Shown: positions 36,326 through 47,314 of the stretch, in pieces | Position numbering within the stretch: position 1 is the first letter of the stretch | How the letters are laid out: each line of letters begins with the position of its first letter | NCBI GenBank assembly: GCA_963666565.1 | Contig: OY762911.1 | Coordinates: 2,816,001-2,880,000 of the forward strand | Source: Thermoanaerobaculia bacterium | GTDB lineage: Bacteria > Acidobacteriota > Thermoanaerobaculia > Multivoradales > Multivoraceae | Direction of reading: 5' to 3' | Length of the DNA: 64,000 nt | The notes under the pieces: generated by a model | Seen by the model: only the letters and a program-made list of their open reading frames with translations | What the model was told of the DNA's origin: nothing | The model's database searches: none | Position numbers and translations under genes: made by a program

Positions 36326-36741
36326 CCGCCAACCTCCACCTGCGGGTTCGGAACCGGATCGAGGAGCTTCCGGGCGTGTCGGAGGCGGTGGAGGCGCTCG
36401 CCGAGGAGCAGGGCTGGGCGCAGGACGTGACCTACGCCGTCGTCCTCAGCCTGGAGGAGGTGGCGACGAACGTCGTGCGCCACGGCGGCGGCGAGCCCGG
36501 CGGCAGCGAGATCCAGATCGAGGTCCGGTCGAGCGACGACGAGGTCCGGGTCGAGGTCCGCGACGGCGGCAGGGCGTTCGATCCGTTCCACGAGGCGCCG
36601 GAGCCGGACGTCGATGCGAGCATCGAGGACAGGAAGATCGGCGGCCTCGGGGTCCACTTCGTCAAGATCCTGATGGACGAGACGGACTACAGCCGCGAGG
36701 ACGGCCGCAACCACGTGACCATGGTCAAGCGCCGGAATTGA
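36322..36741 (+). CDS. Anti-sigma factor Ser kinase (RsbW-like)
   Basis: EEVATNVVRHG, RDGGRAFDP, GGLGVHFV; GTGA overlap. Confidence 0.88.
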   Translation: MTANLHLRVRNRIEELPGVSEAVEALAEEQGWAQDVTYAVVLSLEEVATNVVRHGGGEPGGSEIQIEVRSSDDEVRVEVRDGGRAFDPFHEAPEPDVDASIEDRKIGGLGVHFVKILMDETDYSREDGRNHVTMVKRRN

Positions 36742-36753
36742 CTCCGGCCGACC

Positions 36754-37947
36754 ATGTCCGTTCGCAAGCAGACTGCCCGTAGCACCGCTGTCCTGGCCGC
36801 GTTGGCGGCGCTCGGGGCGGCCGGCACGGCGGCGGCGCAGCCGCCCGCGGCGCCGGGCGTGACGGCCGAGCGCGTCCTGTTCGGCCAGTCGGCGGCGTTC
36901 AACGGCCCCGCCGCCGAACTCGGACGGGGCATGCGCCTCGGCATCGAGGCGGCGTTCAGCGAGGTCAACGAAGCCGGCGGCGTGCATGGCCGCCGCCTGG
37001 AACTGCTGTCGCTGGACGACGGCTACGAGCCCGAGGGGGCGATCGGAAACACCCGGCGGCTGATCGAGGACGAGGGCGTCTTCGCGCTGATCGGCGGCGT
37101 CGGCACGCCGACCTCGCGCTCCGCCGTGCCGGTGGCCGCGGAGGCCGGCGTTCCCTACGTCGCTCCCTTCACCGGCGCGGGCTTCCTGCGGGAGGAGCCG
37201 AACGTCATCAACCTCCGCGCGTCCTACGCCCAGGAGACGGAGGAGATGGTGGCGCGGCTGACCGGCGATCTGGGCATCGAGCGGATCGCGGTCGTCATCC
37301 AGAACGACTCGTTCGGCCGCGCGGGCCTTGCCGGCGTCCGCGCCGCCTTCGATCGGCGGGGCATGGACCCGGTCGCGATCGGCGTGTACCCCCGGAACAC
37401 GACGGCCGTCAAGACGGCGCTGGTCGACATCGAGCTGGGCAGCCCGGAGGCGGTCATCGTGGTGGGCGCCTACCAGCCGGTCGCCAGCCTGGTCGCGTGG
37501 ACGCGGCGGCTCGGGCTCGACCCGGTCTTCATGACGCTGTCCTTCGTCGGCAGCAACGCCCTGGCCCAGGAGCTCGGGCCGGGCGGCGCCGGCGTCTACG
37601 TGACCCAGGTCGTGCCGTTCCCGACCGCAAGCAGACCGAGGATCGCCGCGACGTACCGGCGCGCGCTGCGCGCTCACGACGCGGGCGCGGCGCCCGGCTT
37701 CGTCTCCTTCGAGGGCTATCTCGCGGGCCGCCTGGCGATCGAGGCGCTCGAACGCTGCGGAGCGGAGGTCGACCGCGAGGGCTTCGTCCAGGCCCTGCGG
37801 GACGCCGGCGACATCGAGCTGGAAGGCTTCCGGCTCGCGTTCGGCGACGGCGACAACCAGGGATCGGACGCCGTGTTCCTGACCGTGATCGACGAGTCCG
37901 GCAGGTACCGTGCGGCGACCCGTCTCGTCCGCCCGGCGGCGCCGTGA
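36754..37947 (+). CDS. Periplasmic binding protein (Leu/Ile/Val-binding-like)
   Basis: Signal peptide, [33 protein letters not shown]. Confidence 0.87.
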   Translation: MSVRKQTARSTAVLAALAALGAAGTAAAQPPAAPGVTAERVLFGQSAAFNGPAAELGRGMRLGIEAAFSEVNEAGGVHGRRLELLSLDDGYEPEGAIGNTRRLIEDEGVFALIGGVGTPTSRSAVPVAAEAGVPYVAPFTGAGFLREEPNVINLRASYAQETEEMVARLTGDLGIERIAVVIQNDSFGRAGLAGVRAAFDRRGMDPVAIGVYPRNTTAVKTALVDIELGSPEAVIVVGAYQPVASLVAWTRRLGLDPVFMTLSFVGSNALAQELGPGGAGVYVTQVVPFPTASRPRIAATYRRALRAHDAGAAPGFVSFEGYLAGRLAIEALERCGAEVDREGFVQALRDAGDIELEGFRLAFGDGDNQGSDAVFLTVIDESGRYRAATRLVRPAAP

Positions 37948-40135
37948 TCGACTGGTTCAGGAAGCTGGCCGAGGGCCGGTTCAGGATCGCCGCCCAGCTC
38001 TACGTGGGAATCGGCGGCGCGGCCGCGCTGACCCTGGCTGCCAGTCTCGTCGCCCTGCTCTCCTTCCAGCGGGTCGGCGATTCGCAGAGCCGCGTGAACG
38101 ACGGCACCGTGCCGGAACTCGCGGCCGCGTTCGGCGTCGCGCGAGGCAGCGGAATCCTCGTGGCGGCGGGCCCGCGGCTGACCGCCTCCGCGACGGAGGG
38201 CGACCTGGACCGGGCCTGGGTGGAGATCGCCCCCGCGCGCCGCGACTTCGAGGAGAGACTCGAGGAGCTGATCCGCCTGGTCGGCGAAGCGGGCGGATCG
38301 GTCCGGAGCGGGGACGAGTTCGAGACCGTGCAGGCGCGCGGCCGGGAACTGGCCGGCAACATCGAGGCGATTCAGCAGTCGGTCGCGGAGGGCTTTCAAC
38401 TCGGCCGGGCCAGCCGGGAGTTGCGCGGCGAACTCGGCGCCCTGCGGGGCGCGATCGCGGCCCTGCTGGTGCCGGCGCTCGACGACCAGTTGTTCTACGC
38501 GATGACCGGCCTCCGCTCCTTCGAGGAACCGCCCGCGCCGCGGGAGGTTCACTTCTCGGAAGCCGAGATCAACCGCTACCGGGTTCTCGTCGGGCTGCAG
38601 CAGGACATCACGATCGTCGATCAGCTCTTGGCCAGCGTCGCCCAGTTGACCGACAGGGCGTTGATCGAACCGCTCGAGGAGCAGTACGAGTCCGCCGCCA
38701 CGAGCATAGAGCGGGCCATCGGCGCGATCGACGAGACGGCGACCTCCGGGCGGTTGAAGGCGCTGTTCGAGCGGATGCTCGAGAAGAGCCGGGAGGCATT
38801 CGAGCTCAGGCGGCGCGAGGTCGCCGTGCTCGACCGGCAGCAGGCTCTCCTGGCGCAGAACCGCGAGCTGGCGCTGAGTCTGGGGCCGGACGTGGACGGC
38901 CTGGTCGCCGCGTCGCAGGCCCGCGCGCGGGCCGCAACGCTCGCCTCGTCCCAGGCGATCCGGACCGGCCGCGCCCTGCTGCTGGCGCTCAACGTTCTGA
39001 GCATCGCGGGCGCGATCTTCATCGGCTGGCTGTTCGTCGGCCGGCTGCTGGTGCGCCGTTTCGAGGCCCTCTCGAACAGCATGCGGGAGATGGCCGGCGG
39101 CAACCTGGAGGCCGAGATCGGCGTCGGCGGCAAGGACGAGGTCGCCGACATGGCGGCCGCCCTCGAGGTCTTCCGCCGCCACGCGCTCGAGGTGCAGCGC
39201 CTCAACCTGGTCGAGAAGCTGGCCGACGAGCTGAAGGACAAGAACGCGCAACTGGAGGTCGTGCTGGCGGACCTGCAGAAGGCGCAGGACCAGATCGTGA
39301 TGCGCGAGAAGCTCGCGGCGCTCGGCGAGTTGACCGCCGGCGTCGCCCACGAGATCAAGAACCCGCTGAACTTCGTCAAGAACTTCTCGGAGGTCTCCTC
39401 CGAACTCCTCGAGGAGGTCGACGAGATCATGAAGGAGAACGAGGACGGCAGCCTGAGCGAGGATCAGCGGGAGGAGATCGCCGAGATCTTCGAGGATCTG
39501 ACCGGCAACCTGAAGCTGATCCAGAACCACGGCGAGCGGGCCAACCGCATCGTCAACGACATGCTGAAGATGGGCCGGGGCGCCGCCGGCCGCGAGGAGG
39601 CCGACATCAACCGCCTGGTGGACGAGCACATCGGACTGGCCTACCACAGCGCGCGCGCCACCGACCCGAACTTCAACCTGACGATCGAGAAGGACTTCGA
39701 CCCGGATCTGGGGACTCTGGAGGTCGTGTCGCAGGACGTGGGCCGGGTGTTCCTCAACCTGGTGGGCAACGCCTGCTACGCCACGAACGAGAGGCGGCAG
39801 GGCACGGACGACGAGTCCTACGAGCCGACGCTGACGGTGACGACGCGGAAGATGGACGACGGCGTCGAAGTCCGCGTGCGGGACAACGGCAACGGCATCC
39901 CGCCCGACATCGTCGAGAAGATCTTCAACCCCTTCTTCACGACCAAGCCGACGGACGAGGGCACCGGCCTGGGCCTGGCGCTCTCCGCCGACATCGTGCG
40001 CCAGCACGGCGGCATGATCCGGGTCGACACGGTCCCGGGCGAGTTCACGGAGATGATCGTCGAACTGTCCGCCGCGCCTCCCGATCTGGACGACGTCGCC
40101 GCCGGAACCGGCGGGGCGGAAGAGGCCGGCGGCCG

Positions 40136-40139
<4 letters not shown>
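37944..40139 (+). CDS. Sensor histidine kinase (TorS-like periplasmic domain, HAMP, HisKA, HATPase)
   Basis: Two TM helices flanking a long helical domain, [41 protein letters not shown]. Confidence 0.9.
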
Positions 40140-40882
<743 letters not shown>

Positions 40883-40911
40883 AGGCCCAGGGTGAAATCG
40901 GAAGCCGGACG

Positions 40912-43281
40912 ATGAGAGCCCTCGACCGCAAGCTGCTGCGCGACCTGTGGAACGTGAAGTCCCAGGTGCTGGCGATCGCCCTGGTCGTCGCGTCGGGCAT
41001 CGCGCTCCTGGTCATGGCGCAGGGAGTGTTCGGTTCGCTCCTGACGACCCGCGACGCCTACTACACCCGCTACGCCTTCGCCGACGTCTTCGCCGGCGCC
41101 AAGCGCGTCCCCAACTGGGTCGAGGAGCGCATCGCGGCGATCCCGGGAGTGGAGAAGGTCCAGACCCGGGTCGTGATGGGCGTCTCGCTCGACGTGCCCG
41201 GAGTCACGGATCCGGTCAACGGACGCCTGATCTCCCTGCCGGAGCGCGGCCGGCCGGCGCTCAACGACGTCGCTCTGCGGCGCGGACGGTTCCTGGACCC
41301 GGACCGGGCGGAGGAGGCTCTGGTCGGCGAGCGCTTCGCCGAAGCTCACGGCCTCGATCTGGGCGATCGCCTGTTCGCGGTGATCAACGGCCGCCGGCAG
41401 CCGCTTCTGATCGTCGGTGTCGCGCTCAGCCCCGAGTTCGTCTACGGCATCGGCCCGGGTGAGCTGTTCCCGGATCCGAAGCACTTCGGCTTCCTGTGGA
41501 TGACCCGGCGGCACCTGGCCACCGCGTTCGAGATGGAGGGCGGGTTCAACGACGTCGCGCTGGCGCTCGCGGACGGCCCGCCCAGCCTGGAGCGGGCGGC
41601 GATCGTCGAACTCGACGCGATTCTCGACCCGTACGGCGGTCTGGGGGCGATTCCGCGGGCGGAGCAGACCTCGAACTGGTACCTCCAGAACGAGCTGACC
41701 CAGCTCGAGAACATGGGGTTCCTCATACCCGTGATCTTCCTCGGCGTGGCCACGTTCCTGCTCAACGTGGTGCTGCGGCGAACGGTCGCGGTGCAGCGCG
41801 AACAGATCGCGGCGCTCAAGGCTCTGGGCTACTCGAACGTCCGGCTCGGCGTCCACTACGTGCAGTGGGCCGTCGTCGTGGTCGCCCTCGGCGCCCTGAT
41901 CGGGATCGGCGCCGGCCTACTGCTGGCCGAAGCGATGCTCGGCCTGTACATGGAGTACTTCCGCTTCCCTCTTCTGATCTACAACGTGTCGGCGGCGAGC
42001 ATCCTGATCGCCGTCGGGGTGAGTCTTGCCGCCGCGACGGTGGGCGCCCTGGGCGCGGTGCGCAGCGTCGTCGCGCTGCCGCCCGCCGAGGCGATGCGCC
42101 CGGCGGCGCCCGAGACGTTCCGGGTGTCCCTGTTCGAACGGCTGGGCGCCCGGCGATGGTTGTCGCAGCCGGCGCGGATGGTGCTCCGCAACCTGTCGCG
42201 GCGCCCGGTGCGCGCGGTCCTGTCGATCGTCGGCATCGCCTTCGCCGGCGCGATCATGGTCGTGGGCTGGGCGATGATGGACTCGATGGACGAACTGCTC
42301 GAGGTGCAGTTCAACATCGTCCAGCGCCAGGACCTGTCGGTGAGCTTCTTCGAACCGGTCGAACGGAGCGCGGCGCACGAGCTTGCGGCGCTCTCGGGCG
42401 TGCTCCAGGTGGAGCCGACGAACAGCGTCGCGGCGCGGTTGCGCAACGGCCACCTGCAGAAGCAGACCGCGATCCAGGCGCTGGCGCCCGACGCCAGATT
42501 GCGGCGCGTGGTCGATCTCGACTATCGCGCCATCCGGCTCGACCGGCCGGGTCTCGTGCTGTCCACGCTGCTGGCGGAGGAGTTGCAGGTCGAGCCGGGC
42601 GACAGGCTGACGGTCGAGATCATGGAAGACGGCAGGCCGGTGCGCGAGGTCGTGCTGGCCGACACCGTCGACGACCTGCTCGGCGTGACGGCGTACATGG
42701 AGCAGGAGTCGCTCCGGCGGCTGGTGCGGCGCGACGACACGATCAACGGCGCGATGCTGAAGATCGACGCGCTGGCCGAGGAGCGGCTCTACGGCCTGCT
42801 CAAGGCGATGCCGGCGGTGGCCGGCGTGACGCTGCGCAGCGCCGCACTGGAGAACCTGCAGACCTACATGCTCGACAACATGTCCATGATGATGAGCGTC
42901 AACCTGACCTTCGCGCTGATCATCGCCTTCGGCGTCATCTACAACACTGCGCGCATCTCCCTGTCCGAGACCAGCCGCGAACTTGCCAGCCTGCGGGTCA
43001 TCGGCTTCACCCGGGGCGAGATCTCCTCCATCCTGCTCGGCGAACTGGCGCTTCTGACCCTCGCCGCGATTCCGCTCGGTCTGATCCTGGGTTACGGGAT
43101 GATCACCGCCGCCATGGGCGCCTTCGAGAGCGAACTGTTCCGGCTGCCCGTGGTCGTCGAGGGAAGCACCTTCGTGGTCTCGGCGGCGGCGGTGACCGGG
43201 TCGATGGCGGTTTCCGCCTGGACCGTCCGGCGTAAGCTCCACGACCTGGACCTGGTCGCGGTGCTGAAGACCCGCGAGTAG
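40912..43281 (+). CDS. FtsX/MacB-like ABC permease (duplicated)
   Basis: MRALDRKLLRD; QIAALKALGY and ELASLRVIGF motifs; two periplasmic domains. Confidence 0.9.
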   Translation: MRALDRKLLRDLWNVKSQVLAIALVVASGIALLVMAQGVFGSLLTTRDAYYTRYAFADVFAGAKRVPNWVEERIAAIPGVEKVQTRVVMGVSLDVPGVTDPVNGRLISLPERGRPALNDVALRRGRFLDPDRAEEALVGERFAEAHGLDLGDRLFAVINGRRQPLLIVGVALSPEFVYGIGPGELFPDPKHFGFLWMTRRHLATAFEMEGGFNDVALALADGPPSLERAAIVELDAILDPYGGLGAIPRAEQTSNWYLQNELTQLENMGFLIPVIFLGVATFLLNVVLRRTVAVQREQIAALKALGYSNVRLGVHYVQWAVVVVALGALIGIGAGLLLAEAMLGLYMEYFRFPLLIYNVSAASILIAVGVSLAAATVGALGAVRSVVALPPAEAMRPAAPETFRVSLFERLGARRWLSQPARMVLRNLSRRPVRAVLSIVGIAFAGAIMVVGWAMMDSMDELLEVQFNIVQRQDLSVSFFEPVERSAAHELAALSGVLQVEPTNSVAARLRNGHLQKQTAIQALAPDARLRRVVDLDYRAIRLDRPGLVLSTLLAEELQVEPGDRLTVEIMEDGRPVREVVLADTVDDLLGVTAYMEQESLRRLVRRDDTINGAMLKIDALAEERLYGLLKAMPAVAGVTLRSAALENLQTYMLDNMSMMMSVNLTFALIIAFGVIYNTARISLSETSRELASLRVIGFTRGEISSILLGELALLTLAAIPLGLILGYGMITAAMGAFESELFRLPVVVEGSTFVVSAAAVTGSMAVSAWTVRRKLHDLDLVAVLKTRE

Positions 43282-43297
43282 ACGGAACGAGGAAGCG

Positions 43298-44500
43298 ATG
43301 ACGAAGCGAAGGTGGGCACTCTGGATCGTGGTCGCCGCGGCGGTCGCCGCGGCGGCGTTCCTCGGCACGCGCCCGCCGCGGATCCCGGCGGAACTGGTCC
43401 CGGTCGTCCGCGGCGCGCTGGAGGTCACGATCGACGAGGAGGGCGAGACCCGCGTCCGGGACCGGTTCGTCATCTCGGCGCCCCTCGCCGGCCGCGTGCT
43501 TCGCATCGAACTCGAACCCGGCGACACCGTGGCGGCGGGCGAGACGGTGCTCGCCGTCTTCCTGCCTTCGGCGCCGGTGCTGCTCGACGCCCGCAGCCGG
43601 GCCGAGGCGCAGGCGGTGGTGGAGACCGCGACCGCCGCCCTGGGTCAGGCCGAGGCGCATTTCGATCAGGAGTCGGCCCAACTCGCGTTCGCGCGTTCCG
43701 AGGCGGCACGCTACCTGCAACTCAGCCGGGAGGGCATCGTCTCCGTCGAGGCGATGGAGAGCGCCCAGCTCGACCTCGACACCCGCCAGGAGGCCGTCGA
43801 GGCGGCCGAGTACGCGGTGCGCACGGCCCGTAGCGAACTGCAGACGGCGCGGGTGAGGCTCCTCCAGTTCAGCGCCGAGAGCGCCGACGAGGCCGGCGGC
43901 GCGGCGATCCGGATCGTGTCGCCGGTATCGGGCGTCGTGCTGCGCCGCGTGCGCGAGAGCGAGTCCGTCGTGCCGGCGGGCGAGGCCCTGCTCGAGGTCG
44001 GCGACCCGGACCGGATCGAGATCGTCACGGACTACCTGTCGAAGGACGCCGTCCGCATGAGGTCGGGCCAGCGGGTGCTGATCGACCGCTGGGGCGGCGA
44101 CCGGCCGCTCGAGGGGCGGGTGCGGCGGGTGGAGCCCTCGGGCTTCACGAAGTTCTCGGCGCTCGGGGTCGAGGAGCAGCGCGTGAACGTGGTGATCGAC
44201 ATCGTCGATCCTCCCGCCGTGTGGGCCGGCCTCGGCGACGGTTTCCGGGTCGAGACCCGGGTCGTCGTCTGGGAGAGCGGGGACGAACTGAAGACGCCGA
44301 CCGGCGCGCTCTTCCGTCGCGACGAGGGCTGGGCGGTGTTCGCCGTCGAGGGCGGCCGCGCGAGCTTGAGGCCGATCGAGATCGGCGAGCGGAACGCGCG
44401 GGAAGCCCAGGTGCTCGGCGGTCTCGATGCCGGCGAGCAGGTCGTCGTCTACCCGAGCGACAGCCTGAGCGACGGATCGCCGGTCGCGGCCGAACTCTGA
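43298..44500 (+). CDS. HlyD/MacA-type periplasmic adaptor
   Basis: N-terminal TM, ISAPLAGR, SPVSGVVL, SALGVEEQRV. Confidence 0.9.
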   Translation: MTKRRWALWIVVAAAVAAAAFLGTRPPRIPAELVPVVRGALEVTIDEEGETRVRDRFVISAPLAGRVLRIELEPGDTVAAGETVLAVFLPSAPVLLDARSRAEAQAVVETATAALGQAEAHFDQESAQLAFARSEAARYLQLSREGIVSVEAMESAQLDLDTRQEAVEAAEYAVRTARSELQTARVRLLQFSAESADEAGGAAIRIVSPVSGVVLRRVRESESVVPAGEALLEVGDPDRIEIVTDYLSKDAVRMRSGQRVLIDRWGGDRPLEGRVRRVEPSGFTKFSALGVEEQRVNVVIDIVDPPAVWAGLGDGFRVETRVVVWESGDELKTPTGALFRRDEGWAVFAVEGGRASLRPIEIGERNAREAQVLGGLDAGEQVVVYPSDSLSDGSPVAAEL

Positions 44501-44532
44501 CCGCGGCCGCGGTTCAGTGCGTGATCAGCGCT

Positions 44533-45057
44533 TCAGAACTCCATGCAAAACGTTCCCGCGCCGATATCGACACAGCATGTCAGGACACCTGTGTCGAAGT
44601 CGAAACGACATTGCATGCTTGGTCCTCCCGGTGGATCTGGTGGTTCGTTCCCGCAACGGTCCTTACAGCGCTGGAACTCCGACATACAGGCCTTCGCGCA
44701 ACTGCCGTTGCCTTGACTGCACCCTGACATGCAGTAGTCCTTGTCAGCTGAACAACTGGCGATACAGTCAGCATGATCGTTCGTTTCAGCGTCTGGGGAG
44801 TCTGACGACTGGACCGAGTAGGCTAGCGTCAGGGGTGGGCGGACGAGGTCAGTCAGTCGCAGACGGACTCCGTCTACCCTCCATAGGGACCCCGCCTCGG
44901 GCCGTTGGGCGTAGGTCGGAACCGCCCCGGTGTCTTCAGAAACCGCAGATGCAGCCGAGGGTGTCGAGCCCAGCGCGAGCCCGATGAGAACGACGAGCGA
45001 TCCGATACGGGCCGACTCGCATCGCAAGGAGGATTGAACTTGTTTCCGTCGGATCAT
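44533..45057 (-). CDS. Secreted Cys-rich small protein of unknown function
   Basis: Signal-like LVVLIGLALG..ASA, GGAG RBS, four CX3C motifs spaced by 6 aa, then C-X10-CC-X8-C. Confidence 0.6.
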   Translation of the reverse strand: MIRRKQVQSSLRCESARIGSLVVLIGLALGSTPSAASAVSEDTGAVPTYAQRPEAGSLWRVDGVRLRLTDLVRPPLTLAYSVQSSDSPDAETNDHADCIASCSADKDYCMSGCSQGNGSCAKACMSEFQRCKDRCGNEPPDPPGGPSMQCRFDFDTGVLTCCVDIGAGTFCMEF

Positions 45058-45088
45058 AGCGGACTCCCGTAAGTCGTAGCCTTCAACT

Positions 45089-46876
45089 CTACTTGGGCGA
45101 TATCTCGAACCGGGCCTCAGACGACTCCTCGGACCACAAGTCGTCCACGCGCACCACGACGGAATGTGGCAGGCGACGGAGGGTCAGGCTGGCGTGGAAG
45201 GGGAACTTCGCGTCGGAAGAAGGAGGCGTTCGCGGCCGCAGGGTCAACGGAACCGCAGCGTGGCTCGCAAGCCGCCCCATCCGGTCGATGGCACCGATGC
45301 GCACTTCAAGTTGTTGCACGAAGCCATCTGGGCCCGGCATGGCGGGGAAGGCACCGACCGGCAGTTCGAGGTGAAGGGGGACCTTCATCAGTCTACCGCC
45401 GATCCTCTCCGGTGGCCCGGCTCGACCTTCGAACGCGCTCGCCGAATCGCTCACCGAGCGGAAGAGGAGCGAGCGGTGAAGCTCCATCTGCCGGCGAGTG
45501 TCCAGGGCGAGATCGAGGAAGCTCCGTCGCGCGCGCAGATCGAGGCCCGGTTTCCGGACCTCGACGCGAACGTCGTGGACTACGTCATCGCGCCGATAGT
45601 CCGGCGCGAAGCCCAGCCAGTAGTAGTTCGACGCGTCCTTGTGGGCCCGCGACAGGGCGGTCAGGTTGGCCCCGGCCAGAAACGCCCTTCCGCCCGTATC
45701 GCGGGCGATCATCCGCAGGTTCTGCCAGAGCGGTGTGTTTGGGTTCGTCGTCGCCTGATCGACCGGGTACACCGTATAGCCGAGCAGGTTCGCCGTGTTC
45801 ACGATCTCCGTCAGGAGCTCTCGATCGGTCCGCAGCGCGAGACTCTCTCCCGCCGGCCGAAAATCCCCCGTGGGCCAGTTTCCCGCAACAAGGAGGAGCA
45901 TCTTCCGCCCTCCTGACGGGTCGAGTGCCCGCATCGCCGAACTCACGGACGACGCGGAAAGGCCCAGGAGACGCTCCAGCCAAACGGCTCGGGCCTCCTG
46001 CTCGAAGGTCCTCGGGATCATCCGCTCCAGAGTGTTACCGGAAGCAGCCACATACTCGGCCAGAGGTAAGTCGGACGGAAGTGGCGAAGTCTCTCCCCTC
46101 AGCGCCGCCGGGCCCGACGTGAAGGTCCCGTTGACGGGATTTTCGGCGGAGATGGGCTGCTGCAGCCCCGCTGGCAGGAGCGTGCCAGTGCGCAGGGGAC
46201 TCGTTCCGCCGCCTCCCGGCTGGAACAGCGCGTTGAGCCATCCCTTCGTCAATGCGCCGCGGAAGCGATTGCCGCGGGCCAACTCGTTCAGCGCAGCGCG
46301 GCTCTTGGTCCGGTCCGTGGTGAAGCCGGATAGCAGTTCGAGGCGCCCCCAGGACTTCGCGACCACGGCCACCCGGACCTCGGGCATCAAGCCGTCGAGC
46401 CCATCGGCGAGGCCATCCAGTACCGGCCGCCGGAACGCCTGAATCGTGTGGTCGTCGTCTACGAAGATCAGGTAGTTCGTTGTGACCGCGCCGCCGTCGC
46501 CGGCTGAAGGCGGTGCGACGCCGTCCGGAGTCGCCGCGGTTCGGCCGTCGGCGACTTCGGTGAAGTGGTCGATGGGGACCGCGACGCCGTCCACGAGCAG
46601 TCGGAAGTCCTCCGCGGTCAGTCCTTTGATCCGGCGTCCGTCCTTGTCCTCGACCACGACCTCCACGTTGATGACGCGGACGTCGACCGTTTCGCCGAAA
46701 GCCGCTTCGGGCGTCTGGGCCGGGGCCTGCGCTTGAGCCGAGACGGCCGCAACGAAGGCCAGCGGCAGGAGGGGAAGGCCCCGCCAGCGTCGGCGGGACG
46801 GCCGCACTGAACTTGCCGTCTCGTAGTCCGCAAACGCGGGGCAGGTCCGACGTGGCGGGTGAGCGACTGGGTTCAT
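45089..46876 (-). CDS. Acidobacterial VWFA-related domain protein
   Basis: Signal, FGETVDVRVINVEVVV, GLTAEDF, IARDTGG, YYWLGF, LRARRSF; exact start uncertain. Confidence 0.8.
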   Translation of the reverse strand: MNPVAHPPRRTCPAFADYETASSVRPSRRRWRGLPLLPLAFVAAVSAQAQAPAQTPEAAFGETVDVRVINVEVVVEDKDGRRIKGLTAEDFRLLVDGVAVPIDHFTEVADGRTAATPDGVAPPSAGDGGAVTTNYLIFVDDDHTIQAFRRPVLDGLADGLDGLMPEVRVAVVAKSWGRLELLSGFTTDRTKSRAALNELARGNRFRGALTKGWLNALFQPGGGGTSPLRTGTLLPAGLQQPISAENPVNGTFTSGPAALRGETSPLPSDLPLAEYVAASGNTLERMIPRTFEQEARAVWLERLLGLSASSVSSAMRALDPSGGRKMLLLVAGNWPTGDFRPAGESLALRTDRELLTEIVNTANLLGYTVYPVDQATTNPNTPLWQNLRMIARDTGGRAFLAGANLTALSRAHKDASNYYWLGFAPDYRRDDVVHDVRVEVRKPGLDLRARRSFLDLALDTRRQMELHRSLLFRSVSDSASAFEGRAGPPERIGGRLMKVPLHLELPVGAFPAMPGPDGFVQQLEVRIGAIDRMGRLASHAAVPLTLRPRTPPSSDAKFPFHASLTLRRLPHSVVVRVDDLWSEESSEARFEISPK

Positions 46877-47314
46877 GGCACTACGCTACCAAGAGTGTGG
46901 ACGACCTCGCCGCTTGGGTGCTTATCGAGGTTAGCCACTTGGCGCGCTCCGGGTCACGAACGAAGCGAGGAGACTGTACTTGGCTCATGGTCAGACAGGC
47001 AACAGTTACTCCGACGTATCCTGCGGCACCGTTCTCCGTCCTCCAAGAAAGCGGTCGAGAGTGCGCCGAAGAAGACCAAGTTCGCGTTCATGAGCACCTG
47101 TTCCTGGTGGCCCGACGGACGCACACGCTACACAGCATCGGCGTTGTCTTGTCTGGCTCGAACCAGCTGCGTCGGCGGTTCAGGCGCAGGGGTCGCCGGA
47201 GACGCTGTTGGTGACCAGGCCGGCGCCCGTTTCGGATGCGCTGAACCCTAGGCGGTTCAACGGCCGCTCCTCAGCCGTCGGCCGGGTACGACGCCGTCGG
47301 GCGCGGCGATCACT

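Noticed and set aside
46880-47310. Small ORFs in the islet leader (46813-47214, 46859-47251, and a 45-aa minus-strand ORF)
   Set aside because: No motifs, weak codon bias and no clear RBS; left unannotated
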